Assembly (NCBI GenBank): GCA_030704615.1
Contig: CM060733.1
Location: 5,518,001 to 5,582,000, forward strand
Reading direction: 5' to 3'
Length of the DNA: 64,000 nt
Source of the DNA: Takakia lepidozioides
Lineage: Eukaryota > Plantae > Bryophyta
Under the pieces are notes generated by a model that saw nothing but the letters and a program-made list of their open reading frames with translations, made no database searches and had not been told where the DNA came from. This document shows, piece by piece, positions 1 to 12,754 of the stretch. Both the position numbers and the translations under genes were made by a program. How positions within the stretch are numbered: the first letter of the stretch is position 1; every line of letters begins with the position of its first letter.

Positions 1-325
1 TCCACATGAGTCAGCACTTGGACTCACACTCCACATGATTGAAGACTCAGAATTCTAGTTAAGAATGACACTCCTCAATAAGGACTCCCCAGTAAGGATT
101 CACTCCACTAAAAGGACAAATAATAACATTTGCAGTCCCACATTCAGACTCATAGTCAGTTGAAGGGGTTGAAGGTCCAATCTTGGGACTACAGTCCTGA
201 GGATTGGACATGAAGAGGTACAGCCTTGGACCACACAAGTTTTCTGAAGAAGAAAACATGGAAATGTTGCAATCAATCTTACCTGGAACTTGGGTGTTTC
301 TAACCCTGGCTTCGTGAAGTTGCTT

Positions 326-1798
326 TTACATCCACCTTTGGCGCAGCTCAACCACTCTCAGCTTTTCCGCAAGTGCCTGCACCTCTGGGTCAAGAATCCT
401 AAACCCAAAACTAGAACACCAATCAGGATGCATGATCTCTGAACAGCTGAAGTCCCTACACCTGTTTGACGTCTTCATATGGGATGCCATACAAGCAGGA
501 TGGTAAGTGTGCTTACAAGATGCCACCACCATGTCCCAACAGTGGAAACCTTTGTGGCAAACAGGGCAAGGAGAGACCTTCAGGAAATCCTTGATGGACG
601 TACTATCTTTGATCACTTGAGGATGACATATAGGCATAGGATAGATGGCGAGTCCTTTGTCCCCATTTGTCAAGGCCTCAATCTGACCTTGGATAAGACT
701 CCTCTCTGTGTCAGCAACATCAACCACATTCTCTGCCACTCTAATGTCCCTGTCTTCCTGGTCCTCTGCATCACACAAAGCATTGAACTCTTTTTCGATC
801 TTATCAGCATTGAGCCAAAATTCTGCTTCAATTGATTTCTTCTGGTCAAGTTCCCTTTGCATCTCAGACTGTCTTCCCTTTCCACAAGTCAGTAACCCAA
901 CACTCTCTTCCCCGGCTCGGATTGTGGCACCCTCGTGGGAGAGTTTGGCCTCTAGGTCTGCAATCTTGTTCCGACACTCTGCAAGACACCATTGTCTGTC
1001 TTCCATTTGCACCCGAACAGTCCGCGTCTTCTCCATCAAGTCCAACTTCCCTTTCTTTAACCTCTCCAACTCTTCCTTTGCCCCACACATCTCCTCATAC
1101 TTCAAATCATGTAGTTCCTGAAGACTCGCTAGGGCAGTTGCCACATACTCTTGCTCATGTTTTTTCCTTTCCATCTCTGCAATCACTTGCTCAGGCGTTT
1201 GTTTCAGTCCTTCTTTGCCTCTACCTGGGGTTTTGCGTAGCCTGTCTTTCAATTCACAAACTCCTAGCTTTGGCTTACTGTCTGTGCTTGCAGGGTCCTT
1301 TGCTTCTCGATGCTCCTTCATTCTTTCTTGTTGCTTAGCTGTCCATGCCGCGTATGCTGCCCAATTGAGTTTTTGTCCAGTCCTTTTTTCATAGACAATG
1401 CCCCTTGCCATCAAGTTTGCAATGATACCACCGGTTGGCTTACAATCATACCCATGAACCTTACTCCACAGGTCCTCGATTTTGGGAATCATACTCTTGT
1501 CAGTACAACCCATGTAAAAGTAGCCATTCTTGTTTGCAGGTTGTCCAAACAACTTTGCACATTGTTCTTTGGTGATGTCTTTGTCTAAGAGAAGTTGTTT
1601 GGGATTCTTGCCTGTCGCATTCAGCTTGAGGACATCCCTGAAGTAATCTGCTGATTTGTGCCCCCCTCTTTCGCCCATAGTATCTTCAGATGCTGCATTG
1701 CAACTCTTCCCATTTGTAGGTGAATTCTGTAACTTACTCCCTGACTGCACCATTGTTTTGAACCGCTTCCTGAGTGCCCTACATACTCCCAGCCCCAC
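326..1798 (-). CDS. Intronless, probably TE-borne protein: N-terminal plant-transposon-type domain, long coiled coil, C-terminal RING finger
   Basis: 490-aa open frame. The C-terminus CPVC..CKHTYHPAC..C..C has RING-type spacing, the middle is E/K-rich and heptad-like, and the N-terminus has an LFG..NGY..G.KLNWA block. It has no introns and lies among TE debris. Confidence 0.65.
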   Translation of the reverse strand: MGLGVCRALRKRFKTMVQSGSKLQNSPTNGKSCNAASEDTMGERGGHKSADYFRDVLKLNATGKNPKQLLLDKDITKEQCAKLFGQPANKNGYFYMGCTDKSMIPKIEDLWSKVHGYDCKPTGGIIANLMARGIVYEKRTGQKLNWAAYAAWTAKQQERMKEHREAKDPASTDSKPKLGVCELKDRLRKTPGRGKEGLKQTPEQVIAEMERKKHEQEYVATALASLQELHDLKYEEMCGAKEELERLKKGKLDLMEKTRTVRVQMEDRQWCLAECRNKIADLEAKLSHEGATIRAGEESVGLLTCGKGRQSEMQRELDQKKSIEAEFWLNADKIEKEFNALCDAEDQEDRDIRVAENVVDVADTERSLIQGQIEALTNGDKGLAIYPMPICHPQVIKDSTSIKDFLKVSPCPVCHKGFHCWDMVVASCKHTYHPACMASHMKTSNRCRDFSCSEIMHPDWCSSFGFRILDPEVQALAEKLRVVELRQRWM

Positions 1799-4700
1799 AT
1801 TCCCATTAAACTAGTTTTTTACAACTCCAGGTTGGTTATGTACGGAGACAGCAACATGAGGGGGCAAGGATGGAGCTACAAACCAACACCCTACCGACAT
1901 TTCCAGCTTCATGAGAACCAACAAACCAACAAAACAACAAACCAACAAACCCTAAACCCTACTGATATTTCCAGCTTCATGACAACCATACTACCTAATT
2001 CTGACATGAAATTACCTTTTCAATCAGAGGCCAAGTCTGGATCGTCTCTGGTCACATAGATGACAACCTTGCTTTCCACACGTTTCCAAATTCTATATTC
2101 CCCCACATGGTGAATTTTCAGAGAATCAACATTCACATATTGAAGATATGCATTGCCATATTCCTCTTCGATCCCAACCAATGATTGACAGAAGGGACAA
2201 GTTCCTTCAATCTAGCGTCATGGTTCAGTTTATGTAATTAGGTACGCAAGGATGAGCTGGGTTGTCACGTGCTACAACAACAAGAGACTACTCTACCCCT
2301 CTACCCCACCTAGGCTATGAGGTACGCAATAAAAGTGAAAATATGAGTAGGGAACACCAGATTGCACAAAAGCTAAGGGGGTGCCACACCTGTAATGCTT
2401 TTGCAAGACGTGGTGGGAGGTAGCGTGAGGGAGAACCGCAGGCCATCTGCCATCCCGCAAATCAGCTGCACAAACAGCTGAAACTTGTTGAATAGTAGCC
2501 CCACAAATGCGACAACATATGCAGGCAAGCAGATGGAATCAGAGGATAGTAAAATGTAAATTCTTCAAGGACTAACATGGCAGCAAGAGAAACCAAACAT
2601 TTTCAACATAGACACTCAAAATTCCTTGGCAATCAACAATCACACTGTTGGGCCCTTCTTCTGCACACTAGAAAATAGGTTACTGTCCAGGTCTCCAAAA
2701 ATGGGATCCACTTGCCCCCCTCACTATAACACAAAAAGGGTAGCTCGTTGGAGAGTAGTTTGAAGTCATAACAACAAAGATAAGTGACACAAACTCAGGG
2801 GTTTTTTCACCTGTTTGAATAGACTGGACTTGGTACCCACTACCAGTGTGACAAACTTTACATTCAGCTACCTATGCTACATCTGCTACTCTTCCCCTGC
2901 CTCGCTGATATCGTCCCTTTTATAACAACGACCACATTTGGTACAAGCCATATACAAATGCAACTTGACAAAAAAGGGCATGCAGTCTCACTTGAAACCA
3001 GCCAGCGACAATAGTTCACAAGTCTGCATGGTAGGCCAGATTAGGCCAGATCCCCTCATCCCTCCCCACGATCATTAAATGCCACAATTGTGTGCTCCCT
3101 TCCAGCACATATCTTGCTGTGGAGTTCTCCTCCAGTTGTAACTGTGATGAACATACACAAAACAGGTCAAACAACTAAACACAAACTTTGGATATTCTCA
3201 TTCAAATGTTTCCACTGCAGACGGATTAATACTAAAGTTACAACGACCATGTTGGCCTACCTTGGAGTAGGCATTGCCGTGTGGGAGAGCAACTCCAACC
3301 ATGCCTAAAACTTTAAAATCCATTCAGCTTTCGGTGCTCAAAGAGAGCATGTCAGCGTGCTCTACAATAGCTAATGCCGCTGTTCAAGGCGAGTTTGGCG
3401 CACCACCCTCGAGCTCTCAAAGTCATGAGTTAGTTCAAGGTCAGATGGTGGGCTCAGTGCCTAATACCAGATACCCTAAGATGACAGACTCTATTTCTTG
3501 GAAGCAAGACCGTCCTGTTAAACAGTTTGAAGTCATGGCAGAAAAATGTAGAGGAGATGTTTCAAGTACCTGAAGTTTGGGCAGGAAGAACTGACCCTGC
3601 TGGATGAAGCTCACTTGGAGGCTGAAGTGTCTAAAGCCACGTCCGAAGCATGAATAATGCTTGAACAAAAATAAGTTAGGAATAAACATCCCTAAACTTG
3701 TTTCCAGTTTGTGACATGGGTGAACCTTAGGCTGAAAGGCCTACCTATCCTCAGCATTAAACTACAATTTAACCCCAGGGCGGGGGGTCAATTCTTGAAC
3801 AAATAACACATGCAGACAGGAAAGGGAGATTGTCAATGCTCGATGTGTGGGCGCGCTGAAGGCAATACCCATTTTCTAAAACAGTGTCCCGGGTATTCTC
3901 ATCAGAGAGCCACCCTCTTCAAGACCGTATAGTGTTTGCACCTCTGTTCACTAACTTTCAAAGTATCGATTCCAAGCCTAAGGCCCTGGCCCTGTTGGGG
4001 TCTAATTGCTAGGTAGCTCAGACACAACAGATTGATGCAACCAATTGTTTATATCAAGGTAGCTCCAACTACTGGAGTGAGCCCCTCACAAAGGTAATAG
4101 TAAGCAGACTTTTGTGATCAATCATCGTGCAGGTACCCTCACCGTAATGGTCACATACAAACTGTCATGTATGAATGACTGTGCAGCCTAAATTTTTAGG
4201 GTTTTACAACTTGAATTGCTAGCAGGTAGCTCCAAAAATTAGCTCAACTAGACTCACTAACAAGACGTAAGTATATCCTTCTCTGGGCAGGGAAACAAAT
4301 GGAGAAATACCAACCCAACAAGGAACACACCATAGAGAATGATAAACAAAACAGGCATCACTGTCAAGATTCAAGAAAGGCAATTAACCACCTGTGTTCA
4401 AATGCACAATGCAAGAAGTATAGAATCAGGCGTGAAAGATCGCAGCGGTGGCTCGTACTTGTAGAGTTTAAGTGGAAAGTTACTAGTCATGATCATCATT
4501 TGGATGGCAATCTGCCATCTCTTTCCAGGCGCTACGACATAAACATTCATGCTTGCAGGAACCTAATTCCAGATATGCCGCACACCAAATCGACTGGCCA
4601 CGAACTTGAACGAAACTTACCAAGGGTAGAGTCAGGCAACAATCAAGTGCTTTTCCAGCGATGGCACACCCGAGCACCCCCGCCCAAGCTCCTCCTCTAC

Positions 4701-5365
4701 TCCTCTACCCTCGTGCCTCTGCTGCTATGGCAGCAACACACAATGTTGCACTTTATAAGCTCTGCTCGCATCGCCCGCTTCCTCTGCTACCACCACCCAA
4801 GCGCGCCCATAGAAACACAGAAATGAAAATGAACTTCACGCATGCGTAGAGTTGATGAAACAATCACAAGCTAAACCCTAAAAATCTTACAAAATGGTAA
4901 GCAAACTTTTGTGATCAAACATTCCCAATCTCTTCCCAATCTCTTCACATTCCCAATCCCAATCAACTCGTACGTCCTGGCTAGCTTCTAGTTGCGCATC
5001 GCGCGTCATACATGGCAGCTCGTCGACCCCGCACTTCAGTCTAGCCCAACGCGACCAGCCATCTTCCAGCCACCCCCCGATGAAGGCGACCTCCAATCGA
5101 CGGTAATAACTTGATGTACAAAAACAATCAACGGCTACAATAAATTCAACTTTTTCCGACTTCGCTCCCGCGTGCTGCGTTTTCTACTTCATATGTCCAT
5201 TTTTTATGGACTGCAAGTTGCCGCTTTTGGATGGCCCGTACCATGCTTCTACCCTTTACTCTTATCCATCCCTCATTCATCCATCTACATTCATTTTTCA
5301 CACTCATCCATCTGTTTATCATCCAACTGTACATTCATCCATCCTTTATTCAATGCATTTTATTA

Positions 5366-5554
5366 TGTCGTCCAGCTTGTTTCCGCGGTAAAGGGAACCA
5401 ATCCGCGGGAATACACTCCACTTCTTTGTGGGCGCGTGGTGACGCGGCCTTCACGTGTGATGACATGGAGTGAGCCCCGTGACGTGGCATTGGCGCAAGG
5501 TGACGTGGCGTGAGCGCAGTTGCGCTCACGTGCTGACGTGACCAGGCTCACGCC
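5366..5554. repeat. G-box (TGACGTGG)-rich transposon-terminus-like block, inverted homolog of 20449-20691
   Basis: Repeated gtgacgtggc/gctcacg units. The reverse complement of 5380-5413 aligns by eye with 20608-20638. Confidence 0.55.
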
Positions 5555-6866
5555 GAGGCATCCCTGGTATGGTTGTTGTCCGAAAACAGGCTGAGACTCC
5601 AAAAACTTGGGAATACTGGCAGCTTTCGATGCCTTCCACAAGAAAGGCCACAACACCTCTGTTAGATACTCATCAGTTGGTGAATCTGGTTGCACCTTCC
5701 ATGGCTCTGGAAAAATCCCACTGAAGGGAGGATTGTTTGCCGCCTTTCTTGGTGTGTCGTCAACAAGAACAGTGTCCTCATAAGTCCATTCTGGCCAGTC
5801 TGCCCACACTGTAGACAAGTTCTTGAAATATAATGGCTTTGAATCAGACCCCTTACGGCATGGGAGGACTGGATCCTCGTCACAGTGAAGGGCATCCCAC
5901 TGGAAAACCAGGTTAGTGTGGGCTGCAAAAATATAGTCCACCATTGGGAAGAAGTTGCGAGCTTGGCAACAAGACCACACCGCCACCTCAAAGTGTTCAA
6001 AACACTTTTGCAAAAAGTCATAACAGCGTGGTCACAAAACTACCATCTTCTTGCCACACATCTTCCCCACAAAACCTTTGGGAAGGGATGCAGGCCCATT
6101 AGCAGAATGAAAAGATTCACATAACAGACCATTTAAGTCCAGAATTAGTAAATGCTTCCTCGTTGGTCCAGGAAGTAAACTGACATTTGGCTTCAACATG
6201 TGAGCAGGAGAAATTTAAGCAACCTGCTTGTTTGTTTTGTCCCCGTCTGCATCTTCCTCCCCATTTAAACTCCCACATACCTGCATACCAGAATCCGGTG
6301 TGCCCGGCGGCTCTGTCACCATTGCCCCCTGGACTGCTACTGCCTTTGTACGTGGCAAGGGCTGAATTTCCACGTGTACCTCACAGCTAGCCTTCCCTGT
6401 ATCCTGTTGTTGCTCGGTCAAATTCAAAAGATCATCAGTGACATGAAGACATAAGGGCTTAGAGTGAGCACCAGTTACCGTCTGAAATTGGGATTCCAAA
6501 CATTTTGATACTGTCACAGCAGACGTATCCATCGTAGATGTCACTAGTCCTGCGCCTGGTAGATTAATCCCCAATCTGGTCACAATGGCTTTCTGGTACT
6601 TAATCATACTCTGCATCTGTAATTTTAATTCTGCCATGTCACGTCCTTGTGATTCCACCAGTTTGTCCAAGCCATCCATCCTACCAACTACTGTAGAATA
6701 TGCGAGACTTCCCTCCTGCCAATCCATGAAAACTTGCCCAAGTATTGTCGCGCGGCTTTTACTCACCCATCCCTTCGCTATTCGAGGCGGAAACTCCAAG
6801 ATTGAAGAGTTGGAAATCTCTAAGTACTCAGCCCGCGCAGAACAATCAGTCATGCCCTACAGCTAG
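5555..6866 (-). pseudogene. NIF/FCP1-like HAD-superfamily phosphatase pseudogene
   Basis: ORFs 6215-6853 and 5363-6013 share one frame. Reading through TAA (6215) and TGA (~6032) gives HLLILDLNGLL...VVL*PRCYDFLQKCFEHFEVAVWS...YFKNLSTVW...TVLVDDTPRKAANNP, the plant NIF-family motifs. The 5' end is cut by an LTR at 6867. Confidence 0.8.
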
Positions 6867-7674
6867 TGTATCATGGGGGTGTTTCCTATTTGTTTCCCTT
6901 TTGGTATTCATGTTAACTATCTTACCATTGATAATTAAGTATCAGTTTGCTTTATCAATCTATTGGATTCCATCAACTCATCCATTCATTCCACAGCTTC
7001 ACTCAGATCTCTCTACACAGTGTGTTTGTATCGTAAAAATATCCGATTATGATTTATCAGGTATCAGGCCGAAGCCATTGTGTCTCTAATCTCCTCTACA
7101 ATATCATTACAGCCTTGCATATATCAAGCATCTACTCATCATCTCTCTATCTTCACTTCCGTTCTTCATCTCTGCCCGATCCCCTCTCCTCTATCACCAA
7201 GAAGTCCTCCTCCGAATGATGTCCCTCAATTCCCCGTTTCTCCCTTTATCTTCCTATCCGCGGTTCTAACCGTTTCCCTCACTAACCGTCGTCTGTGAAC
7301 TAACATGTTCCCTTCGCAGGTGTTGTTCCCCATAGTCGTTCCCTGTCCTACTCTTCGTTCCCTATGATCGTGACAGCTGTGTCAAGCTGTGACTGGCTGT
7401 GTGAAATTGTGACGGGCTGTGACTGGCTGTGCGACTGTGTTTGGCTGTGTCGGGCTGTGACTGGCTGTGTGGCTGTGTCGGCTGTGTCTGCTGTGACGAC
7501 TGTGACGGGCTGTGTTGGCTGTGTCGGCTGTGACGACTGTGACGGGCTGTGTAACCCCCCTCTACAGTGCGCTGCTGTCACCCCTAAGGCTCCTATTGGT
7601 CTCAGTCTGTGCAAAAATTAAGGGTACCCTACAGATCCCATATAAGTATCTAAGTCCCCGACAGTCCTCTAACA
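6867..7674 (-). mobile_element. 3' LTR of a minus-strand LTR retrotransposon
   Basis: On the minus strand the polypurine tract GAGGGGGGAAGGGGTAA (7675-7691) is followed by TGTTAG... and the element ends ...GATACA at 6867 (TG...CA). It interrupts the NIF pseudogene. Confidence 0.7.
7370..7552. repeat. Degenerate GGCTGT/GACTGT minisatellite inside the LTR
   Basis: Tandem ggctgt/gactg/gacgg units are directly visible. Confidence 0.85.
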
Positions 7675-7712
7675 TTACCCCTTCCCCCCTCAAAAAGCCG
7701 TGTCCTCATGGT

Positions 7713-10700
7713 TTACTGATTTCGACTAGCAAACCTTTGTGAGTGAGCACCTTCTTGACGTTGAGAGTTTCGTGGCGGACTGTGTGTACGAGCCCGAGGT
7801 CTGTCTCTGGTTGACGGAGATGGTTGATCACTACCTGGATAAGTGAGGCCCTCTGGAGGCTGATATCGAGGTAACCTTTCCGGCATAGGAGATCCCCTTC
7901 GTTTCTTCTCTGCCATCTGAACTGCATAGTCTTCTCCCATGTCAAAAGAATTCGGTGAAGAAACAGTTGTATGAGAATCCTCATCGCCTCTCAGGTGTTT
8001 TAATTTTCGAACTTTTTGTGGAATCATCTGGGGCATACAATGTTGTCCTACCATGTCTGGAAGTTTGTATTTTACAACTTGGTGTAACCGCTGAACAGCA
8101 GAATTGGTGTAGACACTCAGCTCCTTGTCTGTCCAGGTGAGTGGGGTACCAATTACTGTTGCAGCGTGCAAGTATTTCCATGCCACATGTCCCTTATAGA
8201 AAACGTCATCAATGCCGAATTTATGTGTTGACAAATGGTTCCAGGCCGCTTGAAACCATGAACGAATTTGAGAATCCTTTTGCATCATAACTTTTGGGTC
8301 ATATAGGTACATATGAGGTGGCACCGAAGGTAATACCCAATGATCTCCACTGGAATAACTCAGAAAGCGTGTTTGCATCTTTTGTTGCTCAATGTGGTAA
8401 CGTACCAGAAAACAAGCAGCGTAGTATAACCCGCACCCCATGACAATACTTGCTATCTCCTTGGTCTTGGTATAAATGAGTCCATGTACAACCTGGAAAG
8501 CAATCAATTCCCTCAACATGGTACCTGCCTCGTGCCAGTATTGTGCAAAGTGATGATCTTCAATATGTCGATTGTTCGGAAGAACTTTAGTCCTAGTTGC
8601 CACTGGCAGCCAAATACGCATGATTTGGTGGTAATGTGCGAATGATTGCGGAGGACTAAATTCTTTCCAAGCCAAATCCAACATGATGGGAATTTGGTTG
8701 AAGGGCATAATCATAGCCCTACTGTACTCCCTTGCAGCTGGAGTTTTAGGTGGGTTAAAAGCGGCATTGCCCCATACCTCCGGCTGTGGTGGTTGTGGTG
8801 TGGTTGTAGTAACCACAGGTTCAGCTACTGGTACAGTGACTTGTTGTGGTGGTGGTGGTACTGGCTCTTGTATCATTGGCATCTCCTGCACCTCCTGTGA
8901 AGACTGAAAAGCCAAAGTTCTGGCTTGTAAATAAGAAGCCATTAGCTGTTCCTGAGGGATATAGACTCTTTGGTCGATGTTTGAAGTGAGGTCTTCCACT
9001 TGAGTCTGGAGTCCGTCTACATCCTCTTGTAACTCTGCTATCCTACTATAGACATTGTCTATAGTAGTTGTGGCAATGTTCTGCACCTGCAGCCTGAGCT
9101 CATTCATCTCGCTTTGGGTGAGCTTCCGTGGTGCTTTGCCCTCTACTGGCCCTTGTGCTAACCAGACCTGCATAAGGCTGTTATCCACCAAGTTGCTTGT
9201 GGTTCCCCTGAGAGTTTGCTCCTCTCTTAGCTTGTACAATTCCAACTGCTGTTGTAAAGCCTCCATGCGCTTCGCCTGAGGTTCAACCAATTGCGCATAA
9301 GCAGCAAGTAGATTATTGGCTTCCTTCCAAGCCTTGTTATTGACCGCGATTTCATTTCTATTGGCCATGATGGTTTGTTGCAACTCCACGATGTGCTTCT
9401 CTTGATCAGCTTCAATCTGCCTGTATTGCTTGAAAGTATCTTCATTGCGACAGATTGTATTCTTCATATCGACAATGAGCTTCATTTGCTCAACATTCTC
9501 TTCTTCTGCCTTCGTACATTTTTCCGCTTGACTGTTTATTTCTTTTGTAATTGGTCAAGCATAGTTGTGAATGTAGCACATTGTATCGTCATCCTGTTAT
9601 GCACTGTCTGCAACTCCGTATGTAGTGCATTCAGTTCTTGCAACTTGTTTTCATGCTGCACCTGCATTTGGTATAGCTGTTGTTTATGTGCTTCATGCAA
9701 CTGGTCTTGCGCGAGGCCTGCCTCACTCAATTGTTCATTGGCCAATTGCAAAGCCATTTCTGTATTTCCCAAGTCCTGCTTCATCTTGAGAGTGACCTCT
9801 TCATCGACCTTGTTTGCACACTCCGTGGCTAGTCGAGCCTCAAACTCCTTTCTGAGTTCCTCTCTCAAGGCTGTCAATTGGGAAATTAGTAAATGGGATT
9901 TGACATAAGTCCCCAACAAATTAAGTGTCCTGCCTATGGAACTCATCAGCATTGCCTGTTGAGGGTCATCATGGTGAGGTTGCTGCTGTTCCTCCTGATC
10001 TTCAACAGTGTGATGTCTCACTAACCATTCAGGCCATTGTCCCACCGGATTTTCTTCATGAACTACTTCATCTATCACCGGTGCTACAGTGTCATGACCT
10101 TCCGCCTGTGGTACCTCCGACAGAGGTGTGTGTATTATATGCACCTCAGGATTTCCCTTGGGCAACTGTTGCACCTCTGGGATTTATGTCTCCTTGACCA
10201 GACCAGAATATTCATAGAGAAGGTCCCCCTTCTCAATTTCTGCCACTATCTGTTCTGTAGTTGGAATATCTAACCCTTCTCTTTCCAAATCAATTATTTC
10301 TGGTTGAGCTGCATGGATAACTTGTGACCTTGTGACAAGTCGTTCAGGTGGCTGTGATGGTTGTGATACAGAAGTAACTTCCTTCTCCCTCTCTGAAGGT
10401 CCTGCTTCCAGTAATAGCATTTCTCTGTGCTGCTGTGCCCCTTCCTGGCCATGAGCTTGGGAACAATTATCATGCGGAATCCGTGAAGCCAGTGGATCCG
10501 CCACCACAGTCTTTCCCCGTCTCTGCCTCTTAGTCTCAGGTTGCCCTGCTAGTCCACCCTCACTGTGTGAAGAGTCTTGCTCTTCCATTGCAGTTGTTTC
10601 TGGCTCAAACACTCCCATTTCCTTTCTTTCTTGCGCATTAAGTATGCCAGAATCAAGGATTATTTGAGCAATGATTGGGCCAGACACTACTATAGGAGAC

Positions 10701-11386
10701 TTTGTGGTAGTACCTTGTAATCTTTTCATCTCCTCTACCAGTGCGTTGTACATTATGTCCGCCCATTGTACCTCTTGTCCCTTCAGGCCTTTGAGTATTT
10801 CCTCCGTGAAGGATCTGCTCAAATACTGTTGGTTCTGTTTCATGGCAATCAGAACGTTCAATACCTGGCCTATCTCTTTTAGCCCTGGGTACACAGCCTT
10901 GGTACAAGCATAACCCTGAGTTTTAAAGAAACTCCCTTCTTGGAATAAGTCCCCTATTTGCAGTCTTGCCCTGTGTTCCTCCACATGCACCTGACTTGCT
11001 GGCAATCGAAACAATTGCTGGAGGTATAGGGGAGTAATCATCAATTCAACTCCCTTCACCGTTGTTGTTCCTGCCCTTGGCTCAAAGTTCTGCAAAAATT
11101 GTAACATGTACTGTCTATGGTGTAGTGTCCAATCTAGGCTTTGCAATCCTTGCAATCTCAGCTCCTCCAGTATCTGTATCGCCTGTGGGGTAGCAATCGT
11201 TTGTTTCTGCAGAATTGTGGTGCTCTTCACCCTGATTTCCTCCATTCCTCTCACTCTCTTCATTTTAGACTCACAGAACTGTTTTGGCTGTAACAACTGC
11301 AGGAATGCCTGTAGTGCACAAAGCATAAACGTATGGTTGTCGCAGAAAGCTATGGGTAATTTCTTGTAAGCCTGCGGGGCTTGCAA
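7713..11386 (-). pseudogene. Long accessory (env-position) ORF of the LTR element, ~1,220 codons, broken by one stop and one frameshift
   Basis: 10184-11386 and 9536-10174 are in frame (KET*IPEVQQ). Restoring one A near 9543 joins them to 7713-9485 (QKEINSQAEKCTKAEEENVEQMKL). The ORF ends ~20 nt before the PPT. The N-terminal block MLQFLQNF..TTTVKGVELMITP..LFRLP resembles plant LTR-element accessory ORFs. Confidence 0.65.
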
Positions 11387-11919
11387 GCATCGCTCAAGAG
11401 AAAAGCTCCGCTCTGTCCTTTTGTGTCCTTTATGATTGATGAATAGTATTGACTGTTCTCAATTGAATCTATACAAAAACTATCTAAAAGAATGAACATG
11501 TAACATACAAATTAGGGCCTCATGTTGCTCCGCACTACTAGCGACGACTTCTGAGAAGGACGTCTGGATGGATGGGCCATACTCGAGTTTATGAGAGAGA
11601 CCACGCATCATGCATCCTGCGAAAATCTCGGTCACGCAGTTTTAATTGGGGGGGGGGGGGGTGGTGGAGTGGTTTTCCATGGGTTGTCTTGGTATAACAA
11701 GTAGATTTGCACTATGATGAATCTGTATTTATTGATTATCCGTTGTGAGCATGTATTGGGACAAAATAGAGACAAATGAAGACTTTTGAAGAGGAGAAGA
11801 AGGATGGTCTTTATAAAATATGATGGCCCTTACATGGATATTTTGTTTGAAACGTTTACAGGTGTCTGATTTAAGCGCTACCTGCAAGCTATGCTTCTGC
11901 TCCAGTTCTCTTCGTTCGA

Positions 11920-12630
11920 CTATGTTTCCTCTGGTGCTTTGGTCAACAATTTGACCTCTTTTAGTTGGAATGAAAGTCCGTGTTTTTTGTGACGGAAAGT
12001 CATCCAATATCGGATGTTGCACTTCATGACAACGAGATCCCCTAAATGTACGGATTCTCCATTCATTTTTTGGCCATTTTTATTAAGGACTTCTATTGTA
12101 TTGTATATTTCGTTGTCGTTTGTTTTTTGCCGTTTATTGTGACTAGACGTCGAGCCAGAGTTCGCGTTAGTCGCGTTTTTTTTGTCCTCATATTATTTCC
12201 TCCAATCCACGTCATATCCTCACCTCTCCTCCTCCAGTAATCGGACCATTCCGTAATTCTATTTGCGTAGTCGAACAAGAAATGCTTGTCTTCTATCAAT
12301 ATTGAGAATTTTTCGTCCTTGAGTTCTTCAGGGAAGGTCACGAATCTGTAATTCTCGGTTTTGCCAAAGTATGGGAATTTTGCAATATCTACGAAAATTA
12401 TTATTTCTTCACGGTCCAAAGGGTCGTTCCACAAGGCACTGTGGAACTTTGAATTGTAGGGTACATGATAGCAAAGGGGCCCAACCAATAAAACATCCAA
12501 GACTCCCAAGAAATAGCCTGGTTTGCACACCCACTTTTGGAAAGTCTGTAGAAAATGAAGAAAAATCTTGTGATAGTGGATTCTGATCAGATACTTTCCA
12601 GTGTAATCATAAGCTTCAAAACCGTTTTAT
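11920..12630 (-). pseudogene. Frameshifted AT-rich ORF with an OB-fold/ssDNA-binding-protein-like C-terminus
   Basis: Removing the 5-bp duplication TACAA near 12096-12105 extends ORF 12093-12530 into KYTIEVLNKNGQKMNGESVHLGDLVVMKCNIRYWMTFRHKKHGLSFQLKEVKLL. The fold call is pattern recognition only. Confidence 0.35.
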
Positions 12631-12754
12631 TTATGTTTATACATAAGAACTGAGAGACATAGTCTGTGAGGCATCCTATCAGTGTGTCAAGACTTGAAAG
12701 AAGGTTGCTCCATATTCTCTGTATTTGGTTCTCTCCTCTTTCAGATTTCATATA

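Noticed and set aside
2030-5100. Short ORF pieces, for example TCPFCQSLVG near 2050-2210 and ORF 4299-4826
   Set aside because: Possibly decayed coding sequence, but no family could be supported by eye.
7348-7621. Cys/Val-rich and Ser/Gln/Thr-rich ORFs on both strands
   Set aside because: They are translations of the GGCTGT minisatellite inside an LTR.
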